Positions 38,248 to 49,328 are shown, numbered from the stretch's first letter. The stretch is DNA of 64,000 nucleotides from Chloroflexota bacterium (GCA_027623675.1 JAQBVF010000021.1:11955-75954), one strand, 5' to 3'. Notes: generated from the sequence alone by a model not told the origin. A program made the numbers and translations.

Positions 38248-38961
38248 TTAGACGCCCAGTTGGGTCGCCAGGTCCCGGAAGTCGTCACAGACGTAATCAA
38301 AAGACGGGTCCGGAGTCGTGTCGACCTTGCCGTTGACCCCGCGTTCCAAGGGCCGTTTCACGAAGGCGGTCCGCAGGCCCTGCTTCGCGGCGGCCAACAG
38401 GTCGCCTTGGTGGGCGGCCACCATCATCACCTGCTCGGGCTTGAGATGCAGCAACTCCACGCCGGTCAGGTAGGTCTTGGGATCGGGTTTGTAGGCGTGG
38501 GCCAACTCGGCGCCCAGGATGCAGTCCCAGGGCAGTCCGGCGTACTTGGCCATGTCGGTCATCAGCGCGATATTGCCGTTGGACATGGTCCCCAGGATGA
38601 ACTTTGACTTCAGCCGGGTTAGGCCGGGAGGAGAGTCGGGCCAGGCGTCCAGCCGGTGCCAGGCCAGGTTCAGGTCGGCCTTGGCCTCTTCGCTGATGCC
38701 GGTGATGCCAAAGTCATTCAGCAGTTCATCCAGGCCCATGCGGTGGAGGGTATCAAGCTCGGTCCAAGGCAGTTCGCCGCTCCGGACCTTGTCCATGAAC
38801 GGCCGGTACTTGGCTCGCCAGCTCTCAGCGAAATCGACCCAGTCAGCGGTGATGCCGTTGGCCTTGCCAAAGTTCTCACCGTGGCGGGTGACCGAGGTGT
38901 GCCAATCGACCACCGTGCCGAACACATCGAATACCAAAGCCTTGATCTGAGATGAGTCCAT
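38248..38961 (-). CDS. Haloacid dehalogenase type II
   Basis: FDVFGTVVDW, SNGN, YKPDP..Y, MVAAH..DL. Confidence 0.92.
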   Translation of the reverse strand: MDSSQIKALVFDVFGTVVDWHTSVTRHGENFGKANGITADWVDFAESWRAKYRPFMDKVRSGELPWTELDTLHRMGLDELLNDFGITGISEEAKADLNLAWHRLDAWPDSPPGLTRLKSKFILGTMSNGNIALMTDMAKYAGLPWDCILGAELAHAYKPDPKTYLTGVELLHLKPEQVMMVAAHQGDLLAAAKQGLRTAFVKRPLERGVNGKVDTTPDPSFDYVCDDFRDLATQLGV

Positions 38962-38979
38962 TACCGCATTCTCCCTATT

Positions 38980-39717
38980 TCACTCTTTGGAAATCTTTAC
39001 CAATATATCCGCCAGTTCTTGAGCGTGGGTGACCATGGTGTCGTGGCCCGACGCCACGGGGTAGACGCCCCATCCGGCCTGTCTGGCGCGCTCGGCCACC
39101 GAGTCGAACCCCGACTCGCCGCCGCCGACAAAATTCTTGGGGATGGCCAGGGCCTTGGGGTTGCCCATCCGCACCGGACTGGCCATGGCCGCGGCGGGTT
39201 GCGGAGTCACGTTGACGCCGACCCAGGCCAGGTCGTCAGGGTCGGTGATGCCCCAGCGGCGTCCCACTTCCTCTACCGAGGCCGGGGCGGGCAGGAAGCC
39301 GTCTCCATTCTTGATCTGGTCACGCACCCAGGCGGCGAATTCCTCTCCCCGCACCGGTATGAGTTGGTCGGCCATGGACTCGCCATCGGAGGGGATGACG
39401 CCGTTCACGTAGACCATGTGGGAGATGCGCTCCGGGCAGACCTCGGCCACGCCGGTGATGACCATGCCGGCGTAGGCATGGCCGACCAACACCACGTCCT
39501 CCAGGCGCTCGTAGCGCATCATCTGGACTATGTCTTGAATATGCACATCCAGCGTGATATCCGCTGGGTCCATGTGCCCGTTCAGGTGGGTGCGTTCGCC
39601 CAGGCCCGTTAGGGTCGGCGCGTAAACGTCCGCCCCGGTTTTCCTGAGGAGCGGGGCCACTTTATTCCAGCACCAGCCGCCGTGCCACGCCCCGTGGACC
39701 AGTACAAAGCTTGCCAT
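38980..39717 (-). CDS. Alpha/beta-fold hydrolase-like protein with Ala at the nucleophile position
   Basis: LVHGAWHGGWCW, PTLTGLGER, GHAYAG (normally GHSYAG), GHD.M. Confidence 0.85.
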   Translation of the reverse strand: MASFVLVHGAWHGGWCWNKVAPLLRKTGADVYAPTLTGLGERTHLNGHMDPADITLDVHIQDIVQMMRYERLEDVVLVGHAYAGMVITGVAEVCPERISHMVYVNGVIPSDGESMADQLIPVRGEEFAAWVRDQIKNGDGFLPAPASVEEVGRRWGITDPDDLAWVGVNVTPQPAAAMASPVRMGNPKALAIPKNFVGGGESGFDSVAERARQAGWGVYPVASGHDTMVTHAQELADILVKISKE

Positions 39718-39769
39718 GCTGTAGCCTCCGACGGCTGCGAGCTAACGCGATTCTATCTACGACGGCCCG

Positions 39770-40252
39770 TTAATTGAGCTTGTCCACTTGCCGTTGGACC
39801 TCGTCAAAGTCGGGCTGAATGCCTGGGTTTTCGCCGACCCACTTGAACCGGATCACGCCCTCTTTGTCGATGACGAACACGGCCCGCTGGGAGGCGGTGT
39901 AGCCATCCATCCCGGCGAAATTCGGCAACGCCACGCCGTAGGCCTCCACCACTTCGCGTTTGTAGTCGCTCAGCAAGGGGAAGTTCAGGTTGTTTGCGTC
40001 GGAAAACGCCTTTTGGGAGAATATCGCGTCCACGCTGACGCCAAGCACTTGGGCGTTCATGGAGTTGAAGGAATCAAACCGGTCGCGGAAGGTGCACATC
40101 TCGGTGGTGCACCCGCCGGTGAACGCTCCCGGGAAAAAGGCCAGCACAACGTTCTTGCCTTTGGAATCGCTGAGTTTCGTCTCTTGCTTGTCGTGGTCGA
40201 ACAGGTTGAAATCAGGGGCTTTTTGCCCAACATCTGCTGCCATGAGTGTCAC
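39770..40252 (-). CDS. Peroxiredoxin (AhpE/BCP-like)
   Basis: FFPGAFTGGCTTEMC, GVSVD, FPLLSD, RAVFVID. Confidence 0.92.
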   Translation of the reverse strand: MTLMAADVGQKAPDFNLFDHDKQETKLSDSKGKNVVLAFFPGAFTGGCTTEMCTFRDRFDSFNSMNAQVLGVSVDAIFSQKAFSDANNLNFPLLSDYKREVVEAYGVALPNFAGMDGYTASQRAVFVIDKEGVIRFKWVGENPGIQPDFDEVQRQVDKLN

Positions 40253-40469
40253 TCCTTATGTGATCCGCTTGGGTCTCACCGGATGAACTTGAGAGACGTC
40301 GGCGGATATGAATCAATTCGGCCCGGCGGAGGGGCCGAGCCTATATTAACACAGGATAGCGAAACCGGCCCCGAACTCAGGCATGAGCCGTGCCTATGGT
40401 ACAATCCTCTGCAATACCCCTGAAACACTGATGAGATACTGAGCTTCAGGCGCGGAGAGAGCTTCAAGC

Positions 40470-42062
40470 ATGTACTTCGATTCACGGCGGTCCACGGTCC
40501 TAGCCACCAACGGCATGGTTGCCACCAGCCAACCCCTGGCCGCCACCACCGGCCTGCGCATCCTGATGGAGGGGGGCAACGCCGTTGACGCGGCGATCGC
40601 AACGGCCGCGGCGCTGAACGTGGTGGAGCCCATGTCCACCGGGGTGGGCGGGGATATGTTCGCGCTGGTTTGGGACAATAAGAAGAAAAGTGTCAGCGCC
40701 CTGAACGGCAGCGGCCGCGCGCCCGCCGCCGCATCCATCGACGAGCTGCTGAACCAAGGCCACCGCGCCATGCCGGACATCGGCGTCTATTCCATCGCCA
40801 CGCCGGGCACCGTCCATGGCTGGGAAACCCTTCTGAACGAAAGCGGCACCATGCCCTTGAGCAAGGTGCTGGAACCGGCCATCAACTACGCCGAGAACGG
40901 CTTCCCCGTCTCTGACATAATCTCCGTCCAGTGGCAGCAGCAACTGGGCAAGCTGTCCGCCTTCCCTTCGGGCACCGAGATGCTGCCCGGCGGCAGGGCC
41001 CCATCCCACGGCGATCTCGTGAAACTGCCCACCCTGGCATCGACGCTTCGGGCCATCGCTGAGGGCGGTTCCGACGCCTTCTATAACGGCCCCATCGCCC
41101 AGAAGACCGCCGCCTTCGTCCAGGAACACGGCGGGTGGCTGGCCGTGGAAGACATGGCCACCCATACCTCCGACTGGGACGAGCCGATCTCGGTGGACTA
41201 CCGGGGGGTCACCTGCTGGGAGTGTCCACCCAACGGACAAGGGATCGCCGCGCTGGAGGCTCTGAACATCGCCGAGGGCTTCGACATCAAGGGGATGGGC
41301 GCGCAGTCGGCCGACGCCTACCATCACCTGATCGAGGCCATGCGACTGGGCTTCGCCGACGCCTTTCAGTATGTGGCCGACCCCCGCAGTACCCACGTGC
41401 CGATAGCCGAACTGACTTCCAAGGACTTCGCCACCACCCGCCGGGCGTTGATCGACGCCAAGAAGGCCATGTCCACCGTCCCCTACGGCAAGGTCCACGG
41501 CGGATCGGACACCGTCTACATCAGCGTGGTCGACGGCCAGGGCAACGCCTGCTCGTTCATCAACAGCGTGTTCTCAAACTTCGGGTCCGGCATGGTCGTC
41601 CCGGGCACGGGAATCGTCCTGCACAACCGCGCCTCATTGTTCTCGTTGGACCCCAACCACGCCAACCACCTGGCCCCCCACAAGCGGCCTTACAACACCA
41701 TCATCCCGGGCATGGCGACCATCGGCGGCGAACTGCACCTGTCCTACGGCATGATGGGAGCGTTCATGCAGCCGCAGGGTCACCTGCAGTTGATCAGCAA
41801 CATGGTGGACCACGACATGGACCCGCAACAGGCCATCAACGCCCTGCGGTTCATGGTGGGCAACGACAGCGTCATCTTGGAAGAGGGCCTGGACCCATCC
41901 GTGGCCCGCGATCTCCAGTCCCGCGGGCACAACGTGGGACAGATCACCGGCTACAACCGGGTGTCCATCGGCGGCGCGCAGGTGATCCAGCGCGACCCGG
42001 ACACCGGCGTGCTCCGTGGCGGCTCTGAACCCCGAAAAGACGGCTGCGCCGTGGGCTACTAA
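40470..42062 (+). CDS. ggt: Gamma-glutamyltransferase
   Basis: GGNAVDAAIA, PPNGQG, DTVY...D..GN, KRPY.TIIPG, MQPQG, EPRKDG. Confidence 0.95.
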   Translation: MYFDSRRSTVLATNGMVATSQPLAATTGLRILMEGGNAVDAAIATAAALNVVEPMSTGVGGDMFALVWDNKKKSVSALNGSGRAPAAASIDELLNQGHRAMPDIGVYSIATPGTVHGWETLLNESGTMPLSKVLEPAINYAENGFPVSDIISVQWQQQLGKLSAFPSGTEMLPGGRAPSHGDLVKLPTLASTLRAIAEGGSDAFYNGPIAQKTAAFVQEHGGWLAVEDMATHTSDWDEPISVDYRGVTCWECPPNGQGIAALEALNIAEGFDIKGMGAQSADAYHHLIEAMRLGFADAFQYVADPRSTHVPIAELTSKDFATTRRALIDAKKAMSTVPYGKVHGGSDTVYISVVDGQGNACSFINSVFSNFGSGMVVPGTGIVLHNRASLFSLDPNHANHLAPHKRPYNTIIPGMATIGGELHLSYGMMGAFMQPQGHLQLISNMVDHDMDPQQAINALRFMVGNDSVILEEGLDPSVARDLQSRGHNVGQITGYNRVSIGGAQVIQRDPDTGVLRGGSEPRKDGCAVGY

Positions 42063-42133
42063 GGCGGGCGGCACGGCCGCGTTTAATACCTGCCGGCAAT
42101 CATTGGGAATTGGCTTAAAATAAGGAGTTCACG

Positions 42134-43105
42134 ATGGCTCAGGAGAACCGGGAACCGGGTTTTTACAAGAAGTATTTCCGGGACATTGATGTGGTCCACG
42201 GACTGCAATCCAAGCCCGAGGACCGCGACTGGCTACTCACAACTCCCGAGGACGACGTTAAGCCTTCGGACATCGTGCTATACCTGGGATGCAACGTGCT
42301 CCGGACCACCCACCTGATCCGCACGGTGACCGACATCTTCAAGCTGATGGGCGTCAACTACGCGGCCGTGGGCGGCAAGACCTATTGCTGCGGCATCCAG
42401 CATTTCCAGCGCGGCGACGAGGACTCGGGCCGCGCCGTGGCCGCCACCACCGCCGCCAACTTCCAGAAGTTCAACCCCAAGAAAGTGGTCATGTGGTGCC
42501 CGTCGTGCATCTACTTCTACGACGACATCATGGATATGCGCCAAAAGAGTTTCGACTTCAATCACGTGACCCAATTCCTGGTGGACAACCTGGACAAGCT
42601 GGATCTCAAGCCCCAACCCGAGACCACCGTGGCGCTGCATTACCACACGGGCCGGGAACAGTCTGACGCCGAGGCGGATTCCGCCAAGCTGCTGTTGTCC
42701 AAGCTGCCTGGCGTAACGGTTGTCGACGTGGGCACCGATGCCCGGTTCGGCCGGCACTGCACCCCTGCGGTGCGCGACCGCATGGGCGCCGATGAATGGG
42801 AGTCCATGGCCACCGGGTTCGTGGAGCAGGCCATCGACAAGGGCGTGGACACATTCACCACCCTCTACCACGGCTGCCAGCGCCACATGTGCCGCTACGA
42901 AGCCGATTACCCGGTGAAGGTGGAGCACTACCTAACGGTGATTGGCCGGGCACTGGGCATTGAACACGAGGACCTGCACAAGAAACATGTGCTATCGGGC
43001 GATGTGGACGCCATCATGGAGGAGACCAGCCCCTGCTCCATCGCCAGCGGCATCTCCCCCGAAGAAGCCCGCCAAGCCATCGAAAGGAACTACGCCAAGC
43101 GGTGA
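42134..43105 (+). CDS. CCG-domain Fe-S protein (HdrB/HdrD-like), stand-alone
   Basis: YLGCN, YCCG, WCPSC, YH.GCQ. Confidence 0.75.
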   Translation: MAQENREPGFYKKYFRDIDVVHGLQSKPEDRDWLLTTPEDDVKPSDIVLYLGCNVLRTTHLIRTVTDIFKLMGVNYAAVGGKTYCCGIQHFQRGDEDSGRAVAATTAANFQKFNPKKVVMWCPSCIYFYDDIMDMRQKSFDFNHVTQFLVDNLDKLDLKPQPETTVALHYHTGREQSDAEADSAKLLLSKLPGVTVVDVGTDARFGRHCTPAVRDRMGADEWESMATGFVEQAIDKGVDTFTTLYHGCQRHMCRYEADYPVKVEHYLTVIGRALGIEHEDLHKKHVLSGDVDAIMEETSPCSIASGISPEEARQAIERNYAKR

Positions 43106-43316
43106 TGCATCACCGGCTGGCGTGTAACGGAAGAGCCTAACCGTTCTTGGTGATGAAGTGTAAACGATTTATCCGGTGCGTTTCACCTTGGAGAGGCCGT
43201 TGATTTCTGCCGCTTGAAAGCTATCGCCATGTCGTGAGTAAGGTGAACTAGATTCAAGTCCATCCTGGCCCAGCCCCATATACTCGCACTGGGCGTTCAA
43301 CGGCCGATAAGATGAG

Positions 43317-45008
43317 ATGCTGGTACACAACTACACGCCTTTTCCATCCGTGGAACCGATGACCATATCCAATGATAATCTGAACCAAGGCAGGCAGGCC
43401 CTCGTGCAGATGGCTTGGCGGGACGCCTGCGTCCGGCTGTCGGCTGCGAGTCACGAATTTCCGCTTGAGCCGGAAGACCTGGAGCGGCTGGCGATGGCCG
43501 CCTACCTGACAGGCCGGGATGCCGAAAGTTCTGACGCCTGGGAGCATGCTCATCAAGCTTTCCTAAGACGGGGTGAGCTTGCGCGGGCCGCCCGTTGCGC
43601 CTTCTGGCTGGCACTTGGACTTCTGATGCGAGGTGAAATGGGCCGCGGCAGCGGCTGGCTTGCCCGGGTCCAACGGCTCGTCGACGACAGCCAACAAGAT
43701 TGCGTGGAACATGGATATCTCCTGATACCGGCCGCCCTCCGAAGCTTGGACGAGGATGACGCTGCTGGCGCCTACGAGACCTTCGGACGGGCGTCTGAAA
43801 TCGGCGAACGGTTCGGTGATCCTGACCTGGCGGCGCTTAGCCGCCTCGGCCAGGGCCGGTCGCAGATACGGCTGGGGAAGCGCGATAACGGCTTGACGCT
43901 GCTCGACGAGGCCATGGTGGCGGTCACAACCGGAGAATTGTCTCCGATTACCTCTGGGATCATTTACTGTGCGGTGATTCTGGCCTGCCAGGAGGTCTTC
44001 GACCTCCGCCGGGCGCAGGAATGGACGGCAGCGCTGAGCCGTTGGTGCGAGTCGCAGCCGGACTTGGTACCCTTCCGCGGTCAGTGCCTGGTACACCGGT
44101 CAGAGTTGATGTTGCTGCGCGGCGCTTGGTCGGATGCCATGGACGAAGCCATACGGGCATGTGAGCGGCTCTCGGAGCCTCCTAACCAGCCAGCGGTTGG
44201 CATGGCCTACTACCAAATAGCGGAGCTTCATCGTCTTCGAGGAGAGTTCGGCGAGGCCGAGGAGGCATATCGCCGGGCGAACCAGTGGGGACGGACGCCA
44301 CAGCCTGGTATGGCGTTGTTGCGGTTAGCGAATGGCAGAGCCGAGGCTGCCAAGACATCGGTCAGCCGGGCCCTTGACGAGTCACAGGATTCCGTGACCA
44401 GAGCAAAGCTGCTTGCTGCTCGAGTCGAGATCGAACTCGCAGTGGGCGACATCGAAGGGGCCCGTGCCGCCGCTGGTATGTTGTCGGAGGTCGCGGCGGC
44501 GCTCGACGCGCCGACGCTGCATGCGATGTCACCACACGCCATGGGCGCCGTTCTCCTCGCCGACGGCGACACCCGGGCAGCCCTGGCTGCGCTGCGGCTT
44601 GCGTGGACGGCCTGGCAGGAGATTGACGTGCCTTACGAAGCCGCCCGTGTCCGGATCCTCATCGGGCTGGCCTGCCAGAGGCTCGGAGACATGGACAGCG
44701 CAGATATGGAGTTGGACGCGGCGCGCGGGGTATTCCGACGCCTCGGCGCCGCGCCCGATCTGGCCCGGGTGGAAGCGCTGTCCCGGAAGCCGGCTACCCC
44801 GGCTACCAAGGAAACGGGCGGGCTAACGGTCCGAGAGATGGATGTTCTCCGCCTCATTGTTGCCGGGAAGAGTAACTGGGAGATTGCGTCAGCCCTCGTT
44901 ATCAGCGAACATACCGTCGCCCGGCACGTGCAGAATATCTTTGCCAAGATCGGCGTCGGATCACGGACCGCCGCCGTGGCATTCGCCTTCGAACACCGCC
45001 TCCTCTGA
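43317..45008 (+). CDS. LuxR-family regulator with TPR-like sensor region
   Basis: C-terminal GLT.RE..VL.L...GKSN.EIA..L.ISEHTV.RHV.NIF.K; RRA.EWT.AL..WC motif. Confidence 0.9.
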   Translation: MLVHNYTPFPSVEPMTISNDNLNQGRQALVQMAWRDACVRLSAASHEFPLEPEDLERLAMAAYLTGRDAESSDAWEHAHQAFLRRGELARAARCAFWLALGLLMRGEMGRGSGWLARVQRLVDDSQQDCVEHGYLLIPAALRSLDEDDAAGAYETFGRASEIGERFGDPDLAALSRLGQGRSQIRLGKRDNGLTLLDEAMVAVTTGELSPITSGIIYCAVILACQEVFDLRRAQEWTAALSRWCESQPDLVPFRGQCLVHRSELMLLRGAWSDAMDEAIRACERLSEPPNQPAVGMAYYQIAELHRLRGEFGEAEEAYRRANQWGRTPQPGMALLRLANGRAEAAKTSVSRALDESQDSVTRAKLLAARVEIELAVGDIEGARAAAGMLSEVAAALDAPTLHAMSPHAMGAVLLADGDTRAALAALRLAWTAWQEIDVPYEAARVRILIGLACQRLGDMDSADMELDAARGVFRRLGAAPDLARVEALSRKPATPATKETGGLTVREMDVLRLIVAGKSNWEIASALVISEHTVARHVQNIFAKIGVGSRTAAVAFAFEHRLL

Positions 45009-45126
45009 CTCGCACGTGGTTATTTCTAACCACGTGCCCCCTGCCGTCAATTTGGCTATTCCCAGCGATGTCCATTGCCTCCGCTCTCCTTACAATCACG
45101 GACAACCCATGACTAAGGAGGAAGCC

Positions 45127-45953
45127 ATGACTACCCCGGAATTGGAACAAACGCGCAATGCTTGGAACGCAATTTCGGCAGGCTATGATGAGTTTGTCAC
45201 GCCCCGGTGGGCGTTAGGGGGGATGCCCTCGTCCGTGCCGGCCTCCGTCCAGGGATGCGGTTCCTGGACGTGGCCTCCGGAAGCGGCGCCCTTAGCATTC
45301 CAGCGGCGCGTCTTGGCGCCCACGTGCAGGCAGTGGACCTGTCTCCCCACATGCTCGAGTTGCTCAAGGCGCGTGCGCGGGCGGAGGGGCTAGCCAACCT
45401 GGAGGGCCGAGTCATGGACGGCCACGCCCTGGAGCTGGAGGACGACACCTTCGATATCTCTGGATCGCAGTTCGGCGTAATGCTCTTCCCGGACATGCCT
45501 CGGGCCCTTCGTGAGATGACTAGGGTCACCAGACCCGGGGGCCATGTGCTGATAGTGGTGTACGGCCCGCCGCCGACCGTCGAATTCCTGACCTTTTTCA
45601 TGGGCGCGATGCAAGCTGTGGTGCCTGATTTCACCGGCCTCCCCACGGACCCTCCTCCCTTGCCCTTCCAAGCGGCTGACCCGGAGGTGCTGCGCCAACG
45701 GATGGCCGAAGCCGGGTTGAGGGAAATCCGAGTGGAGCCGGGCGCGGAACGGCTGGAATTCGAGTCTGGTAAACAAATGTGGGACTGGGTAACCAGCAGC
45801 AACCCCATCGCGGTGGGGATGGTCGCGGGGCTGAGCGAGCAGCAGAAAGCAGAGGTCCAGCAGGTGCTGGACGGTATGCTCCGCGAGCGCTCCGAGGGCC
45901 GCCGCACAGCCATCGTGAACTGCGCCGTTCATATCGGCATCGGGACGAAGTGA
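45127..45953 (+). pseudogene. Class I SAM methyltransferase, frameshifted near the G6 run 45217-45222
   Basis: AAGGAGG RBS + MTTPELEQ...GYDEFVTP in one frame; ALVRAGLRPGMRFLDVASGSG continues in another. Confidence 0.75.
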
Positions 45954-46284
45954 AGGCACAACCGCAACTGTTCCTGCCAGGGATGGATTCGCCCGGCTGT
46001 AACTGCCGGAATGAGGTTAAGCCCGCAAGTCGAGGGCGCCTGGCTACTCACGATGGACAATTGGTTATCGAGCACTAGCCGGTCGGTGGTCCGGACCCTG
46101 GCACAGTGGCGGAGAACCACCGACCGACACAGTGGTCCAACACCAGGTGGTCGATCCCAAAACCGCTTACTGTAAAATCACATTAATTCACAATGGTGAG
46201 ACCATCGAACCACGCCTGCGCCGACGAAGGTCCTTCGGCGGGCTCAGGGTGAGCGGGGGCGCGACGCACCCTGGGGCCGGGGTT

Positions 46285-48333
46285 TTACCGACTACCATCT
46301 TCCCAGGGCATGGCATCGCCGTCACTCTTCTCAGAACCCCGGCGTGGCCCTTTGTCTCCGCCGCCGACGGTTGCCGGTTCGGGCCGCTCGGCGATGCTGA
46401 TGCTGCCGTCGCTGAAGATGACCCCGTCCTCACAGTAAGCCTCGATCCGGCCACCGCCGAACTGTTCCCGGTACAGGTTGGCGTAGAGGCCGCCGTTGGC
46501 CAGCAGGTCTTCGTGTGAGCCTTGCTCCACGATCCGGCCCCGGTCCACCACGTAGATAACATCCGCCGCGATGATGGTCGACAAACGGTGGGCGATGACC
46601 ATGGTGGTGCGGTCCTGCATCAGAGGCTGCAGCGCCGATTGAACGTAACGCTCGCTGGCCGTGTCCAAGGCTGACGTGGCCTCATCCAATATCAAGACCC
46701 GGGGCTGATGCAGAATCACCCGGGCGATGGACAGCCGCTGGCGCTCGCCCCCAGACAGCCGGAAGCCCCGCTCTCCCACCACCGTGTCGTACCCCTCGGG
46801 CATCTCCATGATCCGGTCGTGGATGAACGCCGCCTTGGCCGCCTCGATCATCTCGTCCCTGGTAGCCTCCGGCCGGGCGTAGAGCAGGTTCCGCTCCATG
46901 GTGTCGTGGAACAGATAACTGTCCTGGGTGACAAAGCCGATTATCGCCGCCAGGTCCTTTTGTCTGATCTTACGCACGTCCGTGCCGTCGATGGACACCG
47001 ACCCTTCGGTCACGTCGTAGAGCCGGGGAACCAGGTAGGCCAAGGTCGTTTTGCCGGCGCCGCTGGGGCCGACGAACGCCGCCAACTGGCCCGGAGGGAT
47101 GTTCAGGCTCACGCCATCCAAAGCCCACATGCGCGAGTCAGCCTCAGACTCCGGCCCAACCCCATCGTCGGCCGGGTCCGTGCCGCCGTATGAGTTGGCG
47201 TAGTTGACCCGGACCGAGTCGAACCGCACTTGCCCCGACACATCTTCCGGGTCAAGTTTCTTGGCGTCGGGTGAATCAACGATCTCCTGTTTCAGGTCCA
47301 GGTAGCCGTAGATGCGCTCGAACAGGGCCATCGACGATTGCAGCTCGACCGACACCTGCAGCAGCCGTCCCACGGGGAAATAAAGCCTGCTCTGCAGGGT
47401 GGTGAAGGCGATGATCGTTCCGGCGGAGACCGCCAGCGACCCGTTGCCCGACATCATGTATCCGGCCAGCAGGTAGATTGCGGCGGGAGAGATCGAGAGG
47501 AAGGTCATCACCACGGCAAAGAAAGAGTGCCCGATCATCTGCTGCCGCACAGCCAGGTCCGACAGCTCCTGGTTGTGACGATGGAAATTGGCCATCTCCT
47601 GGGTCTGCTGTCCGAACAACTTGGCCAGCATGATGCCCGACACCGACAGCGTCTCCTGGGTGATGGCCGTGACCTCCGCCATGGAGCGCTGCGCCTGGGC
47701 GGTAACCTCCCGCCGCCGCTTGCCCACGAACCGGGTCAGCAAAAAGAAGAAGGGCACCGTCGCCACCGCAACCACGGTCAGTTGCCAGGACAGGATCAGC
47801 ATGGCGACCAGGGTGCTTAGGAAGATCACGGTGTTGGAGATGGTGTCGGTGAGGGTGCTGGTGACCACCGACTGGATGCCGCCCACATCGTTGGAAACCC
47901 GGGACTGTATCTCGCCGGTGCGGGTGCTGGTGAAGAACCCCAGCGACATGCCCTGAAGATGGGCGTAGACGGCGTCCCGCAGATCGCGCATGACGCTCTG
48001 ACCCACCTTGTTGGTCATGTAGGTCTGGATCACGCCCATCAACCCGTTCAGGATGGCGATGGAGGTCATGACCGAGGCCAAGACCCAGAGCAGGTTGATG
48101 TTTGGGCCGCCGGTGGGCGGGAAGAGGGCCGAGTCGAAGACCACCTTGATCAGCACCGGGTTGACCACCCCGATGCTGGCGGTAACCAGGATCAGGACCG
48201 CCACCGAGATCACCTGGAACCGGTAGGGACGGAATAGGCGGACGGTGCGGGGGATGAGCGGGCTGGACGGAGGGGGCAGACCCATCGAATCTCGGTTTTT
48301 TACTGGTGGCTCCGGCACGACGCGGTGCATCAT
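46285..48333 (-). CDS. ABC exporter, fused permease/ATPase
   Basis: FF....TGE.QSR..ND, GPSGAGKTT, LSGGERQR, LILDEATSALD, IAHRLST. Confidence 0.95.
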   Translation of the reverse strand: MMHRVVPEPPVKNRDSMGLPPPSSPLIPRTVRLFRPYRFQVISVAVLILVTASIGVVNPVLIKVVFDSALFPPTGGPNINLLWVLASVMTSIAILNGLMGVIQTYMTNKVGQSVMRDLRDAVYAHLQGMSLGFFTSTRTGEIQSRVSNDVGGIQSVVTSTLTDTISNTVIFLSTLVAMLILSWQLTVVAVATVPFFFLLTRFVGKRRREVTAQAQRSMAEVTAITQETLSVSGIMLAKLFGQQTQEMANFHRHNQELSDLAVRQQMIGHSFFAVVMTFLSISPAAIYLLAGYMMSGNGSLAVSAGTIIAFTTLQSRLYFPVGRLLQVSVELQSSMALFERIYGYLDLKQEIVDSPDAKKLDPEDVSGQVRFDSVRVNYANSYGGTDPADDGVGPESEADSRMWALDGVSLNIPPGQLAAFVGPSGAGKTTLAYLVPRLYDVTEGSVSIDGTDVRKIRQKDLAAIIGFVTQDSYLFHDTMERNLLYARPEATRDEMIEAAKAAFIHDRIMEMPEGYDTVVGERGFRLSGGERQRLSIARVILHQPRVLILDEATSALDTASERYVQSALQPLMQDRTTMVIAHRLSTIIAADVIYVVDRGRIVEQGSHEDLLANGGLYANLYREQFGGGRIEAYCEDGVIFSDGSISIAERPEPATVGGGDKGPRRGSEKSDGDAMPWEDGSR

Positions 48334-48496
48334 GGGGTTTACCTGTGGAGCGAAGCGGCCCGGCTGAGCCGCGTGATTTTTCGGCGCAGGCCCCGCTAAC
48401 CAAGCGCGGGGAAGCGATAGGGTTATCTTATCATCCGCCGGGCGTTAGGCATTCGCGCGACCATTTGCCCAGGGTGAACTCAGGCCGCAACGAACA

Positions 48497-48589
48497 AAAT
48501 CCCTCTCGGCCACTTTTTATGAAAGGGCGATACTCCAGATCCGAGGTTGCTCGCCCTGCCGGAGGTGATTGAGTCCAGGCTCAGCCTGG
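48497..48589 (+). repeat. Palindromic repeat family 1, copy A
   Basis: AAATCCC...GAAAGGG...GCCGGAGGTGATTGAGTCCAGGCTCAGCCTGG; last 53 nt differ from copy B at 4 positions. Confidence 0.88.
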
Positions 48590-48636
48590 GAAGCCCCCGT
48601 TCCCGGTTCACCACGCGAATAGCGTTTGGCGCCGTT

Positions 48637-48939
48637 CTACGCGCCGATGGGTTGTATATCTTTCAGGCCGGATTCTTCCGATTCTTTGGCCTGGTACAGG
48701 TCCCAGCGCAGTTGGAGAATCATCCAGAATTCTTCGGAGTTGCCGAAATACTTGGCGAGCCGGAGCGCCGTGCTGGCGGTGATGCCGCGCCGCCCATTCA
48801 CGATTTCGTTCACCCGCTGGTACGGTACATGGATCCCATCGGCCAGGTCACGCTGGGTGAGGCCCATCGGCTCCAGGAATTCCTTAACCAGCATCTCACC
48901 CGGATGGGTGGGCGCTCTGTTGCTTGGGACTCTAAGCAT
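48637..48939 (-). CDS. higA: HigA-family antitoxin
   Basis: PTHPGEML..EFL.P.GLTQ..LA, R.NEIV.G.RGIT..TALRL...FG.S..FW..LQ..WDL. Confidence 0.93.
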   Translation of the reverse strand: MLRVPSNRAPTHPGEMLVKEFLEPMGLTQRDLADGIHVPYQRVNEIVNGRRGITASTALRLAKYFGNSEEFWMILQLRWDLYQAKESEESGLKDIQPIGA

Positions 48940-48957
48940 CGCCTGTTCTCCTGCGTA

Positions 48958-49253
48958 TCACCGGTGATAATCGGCGATCTCAACGTCGCTTGCTCCAGAT
49001 TCTGACCAACCGAAACACACTCGTACCGTTCATTGATCCGAATACTATACTGGCCCTCCCGGTCTCCACTTAGAGCCTCCAACCGGTTTCCTGGCGGAAC
49101 AGAAAGGTCGTTCAACAAAAAGGCGGAGTCAATCAGATCAAGTTTTCGTGAAGCCACGTTCAACAGTGACCGGGGACACGACCGCCTGGCGGCAGCGGAA
49201 TTTTCCCCGTTGAACACATCTTCGGTACCCAAATCAGCAAAGCTGACAATCAC
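48958..49253 (-). pseudogene. higB: HigB (RelE/ParE) toxin with a 1-nt deletion near 49022
   Basis: PPGNRLEAL.GDR.GQYSIRIN.RY, then the conserved tail VCFGW....ASDVEIADYHR* in a shifted frame. Confidence 0.85.
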
Positions 49254-49328
49254 GATAACATGATAGCCGATATATCATGCTATAACAACCGACACTCTTC
49301 CGACCGGCGTCATTTGGGCAAGCGGTCG

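Noticed and set aside
43103..43160. Sec readthrough at other TGA stops (CCG protein, DUF4926, radical SAM, acs)
   Set aside because: These proteins are already complete and the downstream frames show no domain continuation
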